Of a stretch of DNA of 64,000 nucleotides, positions 22,101 to 33,771 are shown piece by piece (position 1 is the first letter of the stretch; each line of letters starts with the position of its first letter). This DNA comes from Asterias rubens. Taxonomy: Eukaryota. The stretch spans positions 7,316,001 to 7,380,000 of the forward strand of contig NC_047079.1 in the NCBI RefSeq assembly GCF_902459465.1. Direction: 5' to 3'. The notes below the pieces were generated by a model. The model worked only from the letters and a program-made list of their open reading frames with translations. It had not been told where the DNA came from and made no database searches. A program made the translations under genes and the position numbers.

Positions 22101-25100
22101 AATATACTGCCAGAGTTTTGTCTTGCCCCCATCAAACCAAATCACTTACCCCTGTTGATTGACACCCCTCTATGACATGTGGTATGGTCCAACTTAGGCT
22201 GTCATGGCCTTATATGAGACGACTGGTGTGTACGATGTGATTAAAGCAATGGAAATATTTAAATAATGTCAGCATGACAGGTAGTCACTACAGTGTTTTA
22301 AATATCTATACATAACATTTTGTATAAGTATGTGTATTTATTCTGTTATTTAGGTTAAACAGTAATATAAACTTTATAATTATTTCTGTTGTAATTGTAA
22401 TTTGTTGTTTTGTAAAGCGCATAGAAATGTTAATTCATATTTTGCGCTATATAAATGTAATTTATTATTATCATTATTATTAAAATAAAAATTATTCCCG
22501 AATGATAACAAATCCGGTTTTCCGGAAACACTCACAGCAGGAAAGACACAACAAGATAATGCATTTACCGGATTCTCCAGGAACACCATTAAACAATTCC
22601 TAACTGGTTGAACAAAATGTATTTTTTATTTTTATTTTTGTATTTTTTATAAATTGCTCCCAAAAGAAGAGGAACAAATATCGATCACTAAAACCCCAAA
22701 TCCAGTTTTAATCCAATCAACGTCCTTAGCATTAACCCGTTGAAAAACATCCTTATTAAATACAGTAACCCCAAAAGTTCACATTCAAGAGATTATTGAA
22801 TCAAGTTAAAAGATGGCAATGTGTAGGGTTTCCGGAGTAAAGGGTTGGCCTTTACTAAAATTAAATTTATGGGTTTTATGAAGAGTAGGAATTCCTGCTG
22901 CGGAAACAAGGGGCTATTATACCTCGTAGTTTGTTTCTTACGCTGATTGAATTATTTGTGTGGATCCGTGCGTAACATAAAAGATGCATTATATTGGCAC
23001 CGACGGAAATGTGTGTAATAAACATGTACCGGTATAGTTGAATTTGTTTTATGAAATTGCTTTTCAACCCATTTATGATAAATTTAAAAAAAAATACTAA
23101 ATTAATAATGACAAACTTTATATTTTTTTATAATTTTTAACAATGTTGTTTTGTTTACCCTAGTATTTGTTTAGCTTACTCGCAAAATGTGACGCACATA
23201 ATATTTCAGGATTTTCTCTGAACCTCCTTGAGAATTCAGATTTTCCTTTAAAGCAGTGAAATAGTCATCAATGTGATAAATAAATAGTCCACAATGTGTC
23301 TTAAAGGCAGTGGACACTATTGGTAATTACTCAAAATAATTATTAACATAAAACCTTTCTTTGTGACGAGTAATGGGGAGAGGTTCATGGATAACATTGT
23401 GAGAAACGGCTCCCTCTGAAGTGCCATAGTTTTTGAGAAAGAAGTAATTTTCCACGAATTTTATTTCGAGACCTCAGATTTAGAACTTGAGGTCTCGAAA
23501 TCAACCATCTAAACGCACACAAGTGTGACAAGGGTGTTTTTTTCTTTCATTATTATCTCGCAAGTTCGATGGCCGATTGAGCTGAAATTTTCACAGGTTT
23601 ATTATTTTATGCATATGTTGAGATACACTAACTGTGAAGGCTAGTCTTTGACAATTACCAACAGTGTCCACTGTCTTTAAAGTGTGGTTTTGTTGTTCTT
23701 ATGATACACAGAGTCTGTAAATCACCTGATTTGTAACATCTAAAAGGTTCTGATGGCTCTAGAATATGAGAGAACCCAAGCCCAAAAGCCCTTTTCAGGA
23801 ATTTTCATAAATAATCTTCCAATTTCCTCTTTGTATGTTTTAGGGCCGTGTGTTGCGGGTGTCGTTGGTTCAAAGATGCCTCGATATTGTCTTTTCGGTG
23901 ACACCGTAAATACAGCTTCAAGAATGGAGTCAAACAGTCTACGTAAGTTCATTTATTTTCTTGGAAATAAAAATATATGTTTTTCTATAAACATAATGTT
24001 CGTATTTGGTATTTTTATTTTCGTTTGTTATCTCACGTACACGCCATTTTCAGTCTGTACTATGTTTTTATTTGATATTTTTGAATGTTCGTTTGTTCTA
24101 TTTTTCACGTACGCCATATATTTCGATGTGTATTACTCTACTTGTTACTATGGTGATAATGTGATCTGATGTAGATTAGTTTGAAACATTTTGTTTTCAG
24201 CAAATAAGATCCACGCCAGTGACGTCACATACATGGCCCTGTCCAAAGACAGTTCGTACGAGATGGAAAAGCGAGGAGAAATTAACATCAAGGTGAGACT
24301 GTTTGATAGATCTGTCTTTGGGTGAAAATAAATCACCGTTTTAGGATTCAAACTTTCTTAATGGTCAAGTGAATGCTGCAGAAATCAGTATCTGAAATGC
24401 GCTTAGGTTTCGGAGTTGTTTATAAAAATGCCACAGTGTGATTTTGTCACACAGTTAATCCACACTGATTACATGAATTTATTTAATGGTGAGTTGTGTT
24501 ATGTGTATTGCATCCGATAACAGCTTTCTCATGAAGACATTCAGAGCATACTGATCGAAACGTTGTTTCACACCACGTTGAAGAACCGACACAATTACTC
24601 ATAGAGATATATGTTCATGTACATGGTCTAAAGCGCCAACCTTAGTCGACTATCAATGATCACAGAAACAAAGAGACTCCTCGACAGGTCCGACCTGGGC
24701 TCAATCTCATGGCTCTGCTTACCGCCGAATTCTGCGCTTAGCGATTCCCCGCTTTACGTGTTTCTCCGCTAGTCTTGTAAGCGTAAAATGCCTAGTAGCG
24801 TGAAGTACGCACGCGCAGAAGCCCAAATTCGCCACTAACCCGTGAATTACGCTTGCAGTAAGCACATAATTCCCTGCTTCCGTACGCGCCGATTCTGTGC
24901 TTACGGTAAATAGAGCCATGAAATTGGGCCCATGCTTAGCAAAACTAATAAGCAAAAAAGGGAACCCAGTCAGAGATGGCATGTGTGAGATGTTTTTTTG
25001 AATGATAAACTTGTTTTTGCTTGTTAGCAAAATGTTTCATGCTAAGCTACGTGATTAATAAGCAGTTCATTAAAATGTGGCTTTTAGCATTACTAAAGTT

Positions 25101-26661
25101 TTTAAATTTTGCTTGAAATGTTAATAGGCTTTTTCTCAGCGAGAGATTGTCCGGGTCTATACTTCCCTCATGAGATTATAGGGTGCCATCATTAACGACT
25201 CTTGTTTCTAATTACCAATGATTATTGGAACAACTTGAAGCACCCTTGAGTCGGAGGCTAGTCTCGTTGCAGCTATACTTAGAGCTACGCTGAGACGTTT
25301 GGACAATTATTCTCCACCCTCAGGTGCAGAAATGTCATCAGAGATGGAATGATTAATTCCTTCTCGAGGACACACGGGAAAATGTCTAATAAGAAAAGTC
25401 AACCTTGGTATCTGAATGACGAGCTAATACCTTTTAGAGTCAGTCAGTGCTATAACCAAATAAATTGCTAATAATTTATTTCATTAAAATGAAAAGAGAG
25501 CACAAATTTCAAGTAAATTCCAGTCATATTGATTGAACTGAATTCCATTTCAATACATACATACCTACATTACAATAGAGCATTTGTAAAGCGCCTTTTT
25601 AACCAGATCAAAGCGCTGAAAAAGCAAACTAATGTAACTTTACTATACAACATTATTATACATCTGACACAAATAAAACAATTAAGAGATTTTTTTCAAA
25701 AATGAATCAGTCATGATGGCATCAATTAATTCATTGGTTTCGTTTGATTTGATTTGATTTGATTTGATTTGATTTGATTTGATTTGATTTTGATTTGATT
25801 TGAACGGTACAGTATAAGTGAGTTTAATGCTTGACATCGATTTGAAAATATATGCAAATTGTTTCAATATGTTGTTTTTTCCAGGGAAAGGGTATGATGA
25901 ATACTTACTGGTTGGTCAGCCGTAAAGGATACGGCGAGCAAAATGAAAGCATGGTGTGCCATATTGACTTCGCTAAGATCAGGGCCCAAAAGAAGGCTGC
26001 ACGGGAGGCCAAAAAGAAAGCAGAAGAAGAAAAAGCCAAGAAGAAAGCAGAAGAAGAGGAGGCGAGAATTAAAGAAGAGGAAGCTGAGGCCAAAAAAGAC
26101 GAGGACGAAGCAGGATCTACACAAAAAGCAGAGCAAAATGAGGCCAAGAAAGACGAGGACGAAGCAGGGTCCACACAAAAAGAAGAACTAGCTGAAGCTA
26201 AGAAAGATGAAGAAGCAGAACTCACAATTAAAGAAGTGGTGGCTGTGGCTAAGAAAGACGAAGCAGAGTCCAGAAACAAAGAAGAGGGAGCTGAGACTAC
26301 GCTAGATGAAGAAAAACACAAGTCAACCATTAAAATTCCACAAGACGAGTCCACAAACAACAAAGGAGAGACGACACTTGAAGGCGCTAGTAACATTTCT
26401 CCCTGGACTGAGGCTACAAAAGAAGAAAAAAAATCAGAGTCCATAAATATAGAAAAGGCAGCTGAAGCTACGCTTGATGAAGAAACACACAGGTCAGCCA
26501 CTAAAAATATACCACAAGAGGAGCCTAAAAACATTAAAGGAGAGTCGACACTTGAGGGCGCTAGCATTTCTCCTGTACTTGTTTTCAAACCGGCAGCAAC
26601 GGGCGCGAGTGACCACGTGGAGTCAAAGGCAGCTGATAAAGATAATTCAAATAATAAGTGA
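16105..26661 (+). CDS. Two-TM guanylyl cyclase with an extracellular NIT-like sensor domain (NIT-GC), 860 aa, 5 coding exons
   Basis: Exons 16105-17475, 21258-21501, 23844-23942, 24201-24292 and 25885-26661, all GT-AG with compatible phases, total 2583 nt. TM1 [17 protein letters not shown]; NIT-like [12 protein letters not shown]; TM2 [16 protein letters not shown]; signalling helix [16 protein letters not shown]. Catalytic motifs [53 protein letters not shown] and [11 protein letters not shown]. No kinase-homology domain. Confidence 0.92.
17669..17758. repeat. Perfect 2x45-bp tandem duplication in intron 1 of the cyclase gene
   Basis: AAGCTTTATGGAACACATACTCTGTGAACATTTCGTTGTTCCCTC occurs at 17669 and 17714. 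Confidence 0.9.
18346..18858. mobile_element. Degenerate foldback element rich in TGTCCG/CGGACA/ATGCA sub-repeats
   Basis: The left end ATGCAATTGTGTCCGCCATGCAATACTGTCCG matches the reverse complement of the right end CGGATAGTATTGCATAGAGGACATAAGTGCAT. Confidence 0.6.
22405..22486 (+). mobile_element. CR1/L2-type LINE or SINE 3' tail
   Basis: TGTAAAGCGCATAGA...TTGCGCTATATAAAT followed by an (ATT)n-like tail, the typical 3' end of CR1/L2-clade elements. Confidence 0.55.
23301..23680. mobile_element. Complete Kolobok-like MITE with TTAA at both ends
   Basis: TTAA-AGGCAGTGGACACTATTGGTAATT ... AATTACCAACAGTGTCCACTGTCT-TTAA. Confidence 0.88.
24698..24930. mobile_element. Harbinger-like MITE with a 27-bp TIR
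   Basis: ctg-GGCTCAATCTCATGGCTCTGCTTACCG ... CGGTAAATAGAGCCATGAAATTGGGCC. Confidence 0.75.
25743..25803. repeat. (GATTT)n pentanucleotide microsatellite about 80 bp upstream of the last cyclase exon
   Basis: About 12 near-perfect GATTT units. Confidence 0.95.
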
Positions 26662-27679
26662 AGAAGTATTAGATACAGATAATGGTGAAGTACATGATGA
26701 TTTCAAATGAGTTGGAGACAGGTCAAGAGTAGTTTTTGAATATTAAGGAGGATGGATAAACACAATATTTTTATCAAAATTCAGAAACCTCTGATTGTTA
26801 TTACGCACGCCCAACCCTTACCAGCATACAACATTTTCATACATTTGTGATGAATAAATTGTGCAAGTTTCTCGCGCGTATTGTAAATGCGAAACAAAAG
26901 TCGAATGAAGATTTGTTTGTTTGTTTGTTTGATCTTTTAAAAGTATATTTTACACAATTTTCTGAAAAATTTAAAAACCAGTCTGTTAATATAAAGAATA
27001 ATGTTTATGTGCGACAAATAAAGTTTTTTTAACACATTACTACCTCCGAAACAAAATCATATAAATCTTCGTTGATTGTAAAGTTACTTTATTACGGCCT
27101 AATTATATTTCATTGGCTATACTGTCCCAACTTATAACACATTATTTTGCAGCCATAAACTACGTATAAACAAGTTTCAATAAACCGAATCTTATACACA
27201 TAACATTCAATTCTTAGGATCACAACTTGGTTTCGGAAGGTCAAATACGCGCGAGACTTGCACAAGTCTAGTATCATAGTTAAACACGACTCTCCCCACA
27301 TATCCGGGATCCACCTTAAAAAAATGTGCATTTCATCCAAAACACTGTGCCAAACCTTTTAAAGGTTGGCTTAATTATCAAAATAGCAAGTCATCGGAGT
27401 TGTGTTTTTGTTACCTTGCATTCGAAAGAGAATACGATTCGGTGAAAGCAAACAAAGTGTCGAAAATGAAAGAAACATAAATACCGAGTCATATCAAGAA
27501 TATCAGTTACTGTAGTTTTTATTTCTATCACGAAGCCTCTTCTTGAAAAAGGGTGGTTCAATATCAAATAAATTTTTACTTTGCATGCAATACATCAACG
27601 TACTATACCTCGTTCTTTTGTTTCTAACATTAGCAGCTGGGTCCATTCTCATGGCACTATACTCAGTGTAGTTTTATTA

Positions 27680-27918
27680 CACTCTAGAAGACTCACACGT
27701 CAGAGTGAACCGGATGGCAGGTCAGAGTTGACCCGGATGCCAGGTCACAACTGACCCGTATTCCGGGTGCCAAGGGCCTAACCCATTTTCTAGGGCTAGT
27801 TCGACCAATATCTGGGTCATTTTGACACAGATTCCGGATCATCTCGACCCTGCAATGGGTCAGGCCTCAATGGACTCGGAATTTGGGTCAACTCTGAACC
27901 GGAAATATTTTCAGAGTG
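27680..27918. mobile_element. EnSpm/CACTA-like non-autonomous element
   Basis: ta-CACTCTAGAA ... TTTCAGAGTG termini, with internal inverted sub-repeats TGACCC/GGGTCA. Confidence 0.55.
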
Positions 27919-28545
27919 TCTGATGAATTCTTTACTTACCCATAGCTCATTATCTCACTGTATACTGTCAGACTCCCTGTATACACAATGCTATTTGTAG
28001 TGTTAAGTCTCAATTTAAAACAATGGACCAGACTTTTTTTAGGGTGCTGTTTCTCTTGGGCCAAGTATTAACATTCCTTCTTCTCTACCGAAAAGCTACA
28101 TTGCATACCAACAAATCAAAGAATCAAATTAATAACCAAATGTATTGTAAGCTTGCTTGTTTTATAGTGTAGCTGCTGTTCTTCGTTTTTGTTTCGTAAA
28201 AGTATAATTTTGTAACTGCTGCTATGTCCACGCGATCTCAGTTAGACCAATCTTGATTAGTGTTAGTGTGATGGCGAGTGGTGCATTGTTACGATTCGGG
28301 TTCGATGGTGTGTGCGACACCTAAACGTAGCCCGAGCCCTAAATGTAGCCTGACCTAAATGGTGAGACAAGTTTGTCGACGTTTCGGTCAGAATGCGCTG
28401 ATTATCTTCAGGATATTCCAGATCTCTATGAAAGTCCCCAAAGGCAACCATGAAGTTGTGATGACACTAAATGTTTTTAATTAACTCTACGAAAACTGAA
28501 AGTGCCTGTTCATGTTTGGAAGATAGTGCTTTTGCTAAATGCCTT

Positions 28546-29991
28546 CTAAATTGCATAAGAGTGGGTGACTTTTGGGCCAATTACGGTGGCGTACTGTGAC
28601 ATCTCGATGCTTTCAAGAGATTTGTTCGGTTTGGCATACAGTGCGTGGATCGACTCCTTGTGAGCGTGCGTGTCCTTGGACTGTTCGGCCGTCCTCCGTG
28701 GCTCAGTCACGGCGTGGCTGGTTGCCCTTGGTGGGGGAACTGCGGGTGGCTTGGGGTTGCAGCGTGGATCTCCAACAGTCATGTACTCTGATATTGTAAT
28801 GCTTCTCTGTGGTCTTGATGTCAAGCGTGTTGAGTTCCCACTCTCCCGTCTGGTAGAGTCTTGGTCCTTGATGGGAATGGCGCCAGACTGACGTCTGTGT
28901 TTGGCGATTTTGTACAGACACAAGACAGAGACCACAATCATGATTAAGACGACCAGAATGACCCCTATGTAGAGATGAAAACTAGTGAAAGTTCCAGGAG
29001 TGTCTTCTTGTTTACAGTTGGTGATATTGAGAGCTTCGCTTGTCGCATTCAGACCGACGGCATTGGATGCAGAGCATGTCACAATGAGAGAGTTGAACGA
29101 CATGCAGTTGTTGATTCTCAGGAATCTTGAAGTAGCATTCCGGCTTACGTCTTGAAACCCACTATCAGAAACATTCCACGATAACCTACTGGTGCCTTCC
29201 TGCACAGTCCAAGAATAGTGCGACATGTCGGGCACAGCTTCTGATCGACACTCTAAGTGGAGCTCGACCATCCCACTTTCGCTGTTGTACTTTTTGTCGA
29301 CAGCGACAGTAACGTACCCAACCCGCACCTTCAATGGAGTAACCGAGCAGTTGGGCCCCCTCGATCCGCCCCAGCCCGCTATGCATACGAAACGTCCATA
29401 GTTATCGCCCCCGCGAAGGCGATGTTTCACACTACTCGTTGAGCCTGGCTCAATCACGCGTGATTCTGCGAGAAGAGCACTCTGAGCGTTAGTTCGGGCC
29501 GAGTACCATGATAGCAGGGTGGGAACTTTAGTGTTATTTGGTACTCTGCACACCAGTGACACGGTATCATTTACATGTGGGGTCGTTGGATTCAAAGTAC
29601 AGATTGGGGTAGGAGGTTGAACAACAGTCAGATGAGCAGAATCAGAAAGTAGTTTTGAAGATGGCGAACATCTGAGGTCACCTCCTTGCTTGGGACGAAC
29701 TTTGAGAAGCAATAGCGTTGAAATACAGTCTTTAAACAAAACTATTACATCTTGTCTAGCATTTGTCTCTCTGTAAGCAATCGTTGTTGTTGGTGTTCCA
29801 TTAGCCTCCGCCTCATAATAATGAATCCAGACTATTCTCTCGCATTTTTTAGTTCGGCATGTGAACGTCGCGTTGCCTCCAACATCGACAGTAACATCAT
29901 TTGGTTGTATAAAAAACACGCCATTTGATGATGAAGTCCCAAGCACGAATATTTGTATGCTACAGATAAGCAGTAAAATGCATAAAGCCAT
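28546..29991 (-). CDS. Intronless type-I Ig-superfamily receptor (3 Ig domains) with an ITIM-like tail, 481 aa
   Basis: One ORF contains the signal peptide, a V-like domain (QPNDVTVDVGGNATFTC..IVW..LRC), two further Ig domains and TM LYIGVILVVLIMIVVSVLCLY. The tail has SEYMTV, ALYAKP and SQYATV. Confidence 0.9.
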   Translation of the reverse strand: MALCILLLICSIQIFVLGTSSSNGVFFIQPNDVTVDVGGNATFTCRTKKCERIVWIHYYEAEANGTPTTTIAYRETNARQDVIVLFKDCISTLLLLKVRPKQGGDLRCSPSSKLLSDSAHLTVVQPPTPICTLNPTTPHVNDTVSLVCRVPNNTKVPTLLSWYSARTNAQSALLAESRVIEPGSTSSVKHRLRGGDNYGRFVCIAGWGGSRGPNCSVTPLKVRVGYVTVAVDKKYNSESGMVELHLECRSEAVPDMSHYSWTVQEGTSRLSWNVSDSGFQDVSRNATSRFLRINNCMSFNSLIVTCSASNAVGLNATSEALNITNCKQEDTPGTFTSFHLYIGVILVVLIMIVVSVLCLYKIAKHRRQSGAIPIKDQDSTRRESGNSTRLTSRPQRSITISEYMTVGDPRCNPKPPAVPPPRATSHAVTEPRRTAEQSKDTHAHKESIHALYAKPNKSLESIEMSQYATVIGPKVTHSYAI

Positions 29992-31271
29992 ATTAATTCA
30001 GTGATTTAATCAATTAAAACAACAACTGAGGCCTTATAGGTAGTGTGGACTCGGATTAAATGGATCAATGTTATTTCAAATTAACTTATTACAACTAAAA
30101 TTGTTGTGCATTGCTCAGTGAAGATGTTTCCCTTTTCGTTTGCATCAATTTCAGTTTTACATTCGATGTGACTTATTTCAATATTGTTATATGATTATTT
30201 AAATTTTGTTTCCTTTTACAAGAGTGCACTTTGATGTTACACCTATAAATTAACAACCTTGGCAAAATAGCGAAAGAGAAATAGTTTATAGAATGTGTCA
30301 ATTAAAAGCTGAAACAAAAAAAACAAGTTAAACAAAACATTGAATTACTTGTAAAAAAGTAGGTCTACTCTAGGCCTGTGGATCTTGGCACGTTTGATGC
30401 TGAAGTACCGATCAAAATACAGCATCTCTTACAGACGGGGTTAACCACAAATTGACCAAAGTCTGGCGATAAAAACTTTCTAATTGGGAAGCAGCAATTA
30501 GCTAAATGAGTTGGTTACATCACTTTGGTAGAATTGGAGCAATACCCGGGATCCTGCCTAATATTGACAATTCTGACAAATTTCATCATGAAGAAACGCA
30601 CAATTTGATTAACTTGCAACTTGTTATGAACGTCATCTAAAAATTTGCAAAAACCCAAGAACTATCCAATCTCCATTAAGGTGTACGTGGCCGGTGGGGG
30701 CGCCCTGCCCTTCTCTCCTTCCAGCCAAAACTATACCCATATTTGGGAAAATATTCATGTTCATAAAGGTGCAGTAGTAATTATATTAGTGTGGGAACAA
30801 AACTGCCTGTGACCGAAAATAAAACTTATTACAGAGTTTGGTCTCGTAAAAAGAAACGGTATTTCCCGTTTCCTGGTTGCAGCTAAAGTGTGTGAACAAC
30901 TCGTACTACTCCCGTGAAACTGCTGGTTCTCAAGAGCGAACAAAGCAACCTCTTTCGATTTTGGAATCACTCAATTGTTTAGATAGTGGTTGGATACAAC
31001 AACACTTATATGTAAAAATCTCGTTATAAAAGGTGAGATATCGCTGAAGATCAGGAGCAAATGCAAAAGGGAAACTCCCTGAAAGGACACACAATCTGAG
31101 AAGCGTTACAGCAGTATCGCTTCTCGGATTCAAACTTTGGGCATAAATCTGATATATTTTAGGTAACTTCAAAGTGAAGCATTTCTCAAAATGCTTTGTA
31201 AAATCAAAGGCTGCTGTAGGCTTCTAACCCGTCATTATATCTTTTTGAATTACCGAACGTATACATTCCCT

Positions 31272-31560
31272 CTAAAGGCATGGGCACTATTGGTAACTAT
31301 TCAAAGTAATTGTTAGCATACAAACTGACTTGGTAACGAGCAATGGAGAGCTGTTGATAGTATAAAACATTGTAAGAAAGGACCCCTCTGAAGTAACGTA
31401 GTTTTCGAGAAAGAAGTAATTTCTCAGAAATATTTGAAATGAATTCGAGACCTCGAGTTCAAGAATCTGAAAGCACACACAGCTAATATGCGACAATGGT
31501 GTTTTTTCTTCCACTCAACTCTCTTAACCTAGACGACGAATTGTTCAGCTCGTGTTTACT
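31272..31560. mobile_element. Kolobok-like MITE, one-ended
   Basis: CTAA-AGGCATGGGCACTATTGGTAA, followed by the family body (CCCTCTGAAGTAACGTAGTTTTCGAGAAAGAAGTAAT). Confidence 0.7.
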
Positions 31561-33091
31561 GCCATGTGACGAGTCACGGGTTGAGTATTATTGCATAAAC
31601 AGTTATTCAACAATAATAATGTTTGCAACAGGCGGATATTACATTGTTTTTATTCTGTTGTTTTGTGTGTGTGTGGGGGGGGGGTCTTGGAGCGTCGCAA
31701 ACAACCATACTAATCCTATACACTTACCGGTAAACACGTTACACGTTACCGGTAAACTATAGGTCATGACGTTATATAGTGAAAACAATGAGAGAAGCAG
31801 GTTGGGTTTTGTCGTGGATTTTGTGCACGGTCATAAAAGGTGCACGAACCGTTACCAAGCTAATCAGCGTGGTAACGGTAATTTTCACAAGAATGACCAT
31901 GCTGCTGCCTCTATAAATAACTTTGATTGAGAACATATAAGAGTTAAGAACTTCACGGCCAAGTTAAAAGTGTAAATTTTAAAAAGTGTCTTCTAAAAAA
32001 GTCATATGATTTTGTTGTCAGTCATTATATTTTGTTAAGCTGTCAAATCAATTCGATACACACTCGTTTTCATTCTATGTTATTAGCGAGCTTGCTTATT
32101 TACAGCCTTTAATACTGATTATTTTATAAAAGTTCAGATATCTTCACCTGACATTACTAATCTATAAACATTGCAATAATGTCTAGTTTTGGACAATAAC
32201 TAACATGATCGTCTATGTGGAAATCGGTTTTTCTTTTGTGATGTCTAGATTTTTTTTCTCTTCTTTTCTGCTTCCATTCCTTCTTGGTTTTTCCCCGTTT
32301 TTTGCAGCTTTTTCCCCCCTTTTTCTGTATAATAAACGCAAGCATATTGTAGTAATGTTAAATGCATCGCACCATCAGGATATCAAATTGCCAAGCAACA
32401 AGGAATAATTGCAAAAATACGATATCAAAACTCATAGTAAAATGTTATAAGCGAGGCGAAAATTAAGGGTTGTTGTATCAACCTTTACTGTTGGATAAAT
32501 ACAATGATTTGAAGAAGAAAGTTCCAATTAAAGTAAACTTTGTGTAAAACAGTTACGTTCGGTTGCAGTGGTTACATAAGTATAACAGCTCTTACAAATG
32601 CATGGTTATAAAACTAGCTTAAATGTACAAAAGGTATAACTTTCCTTTCAGGATTGCATATAGACCAAAACATTTAAAACAATGTGTCTTGTGGAACTGA
32701 AATATCCATAGTTAAAATGTACAAATTTATATTCCGATATTTTATAGTATGTATATATAGACGATGGTGGTACAAATACACGCCAATTGAGAAACCAAAA
32801 CACTCTATAAAAAGTATGATTTAAAAATATATTGAATTCCGTTCTATTCATGGTTTGCAAAGATACTACAGCATTTAGACAGATGTTTTTTAGAACAATT
32901 TGCTCAGTAAAAAAGTCACATTTTTACAAAACATTATACCCTCCTCTTCAAATGGCGGCATTTAAGCCATATACAGATGTTATGATTTTATAACATTATA
33001 TGCCGCATACGATTACTATTTTTCAAATAACATTCCTTTCTTTTTATACATTAGGCCGTTACAAGTGCAGCCAAGTCAAATATATGAACCG

Positions 33092-33209
33092 GCCCAGTTC
33101 AAACTTCCTGCGAATGCGATGCAGACGCTGTTTGTCTTAATGTGACGCAAGAAACTTCAAATCGCGTTCGCAGGAGGCTAGGCGCAATCGCAGGAAGTAT
33201 AAACCGGGC
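33092..33209. mobile_element. Short MITE with a ~27-bp TIR
   Basis: GCCCAGTTCAAACTTCCTGCGAATGCG ... CGCAATCGCAGGAAGTATAAACCGGGC. Confidence 0.7.
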
Positions 33210-33566
33210 TAACGCTGTTAAAAACAAATGTGTTCAAATAATAATTATAGTACTTTATACTCAGTTATGACACAATGCATACAAAATATACAAATTTTTA
33301 GTAAAATAGAGGTAACAAAATATCAAGTAGAAAGTTTACAAACTGTTGTTATAAAGTCTTGTTTATATCTTGTATTCAAATCTTGCATATAAAAAGGGCA
33401 AAATCAAGGTACAAATGATTTCCCATCGTTTTCTGAAATAGATAGGCCTAATGCGCCAGTGCGCTTCTCCGTGTTTTTTTTTTTTCTTCTTTTTTTCTTC
33501 TTTTTTTCTTCTTCTTTTTTTTCTTTCTTTTAATTCTTTTAAAGATATAGCTTTCTTTTAACTCTC

Positions 33567-33754
33567 TTAAAGGGAAGGTACACTATTGGTAATTGTCAAA
33601 GACCAGTCTTCTCACTTGGTGTGTCTCAACATATGCAAAATATAACAAACTAATGAAAGAAAAAACACCCTTGTCACACGAAGTTGTGTGCTTTCAGATA
33701 GGAATAAAAGACTTCTAGCTAGAAGTCTTTTATTATTTTAGTGAGAAATTACCT
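33567..33754. mobile_element. Truncated Kolobok-like MITE ending about 18 bp from the stop codon of the Ig gene at 33772
   Basis: TTAA-AGGGAAGGTACACTATTGGTAATTGTCAAAGAC..., with body sequence shared with the copies at 13105 and 46173. Confidence 0.7.
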
Positions 33755-33771
33755 GTATTACAAAATCTATG

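Noticed and set aside
25864-26588. Long antisense ORFs (104 and 227 aa)
   Set aside because: They are shadows of the low-complexity Glu/Lys-coding last exon of the cyclase.
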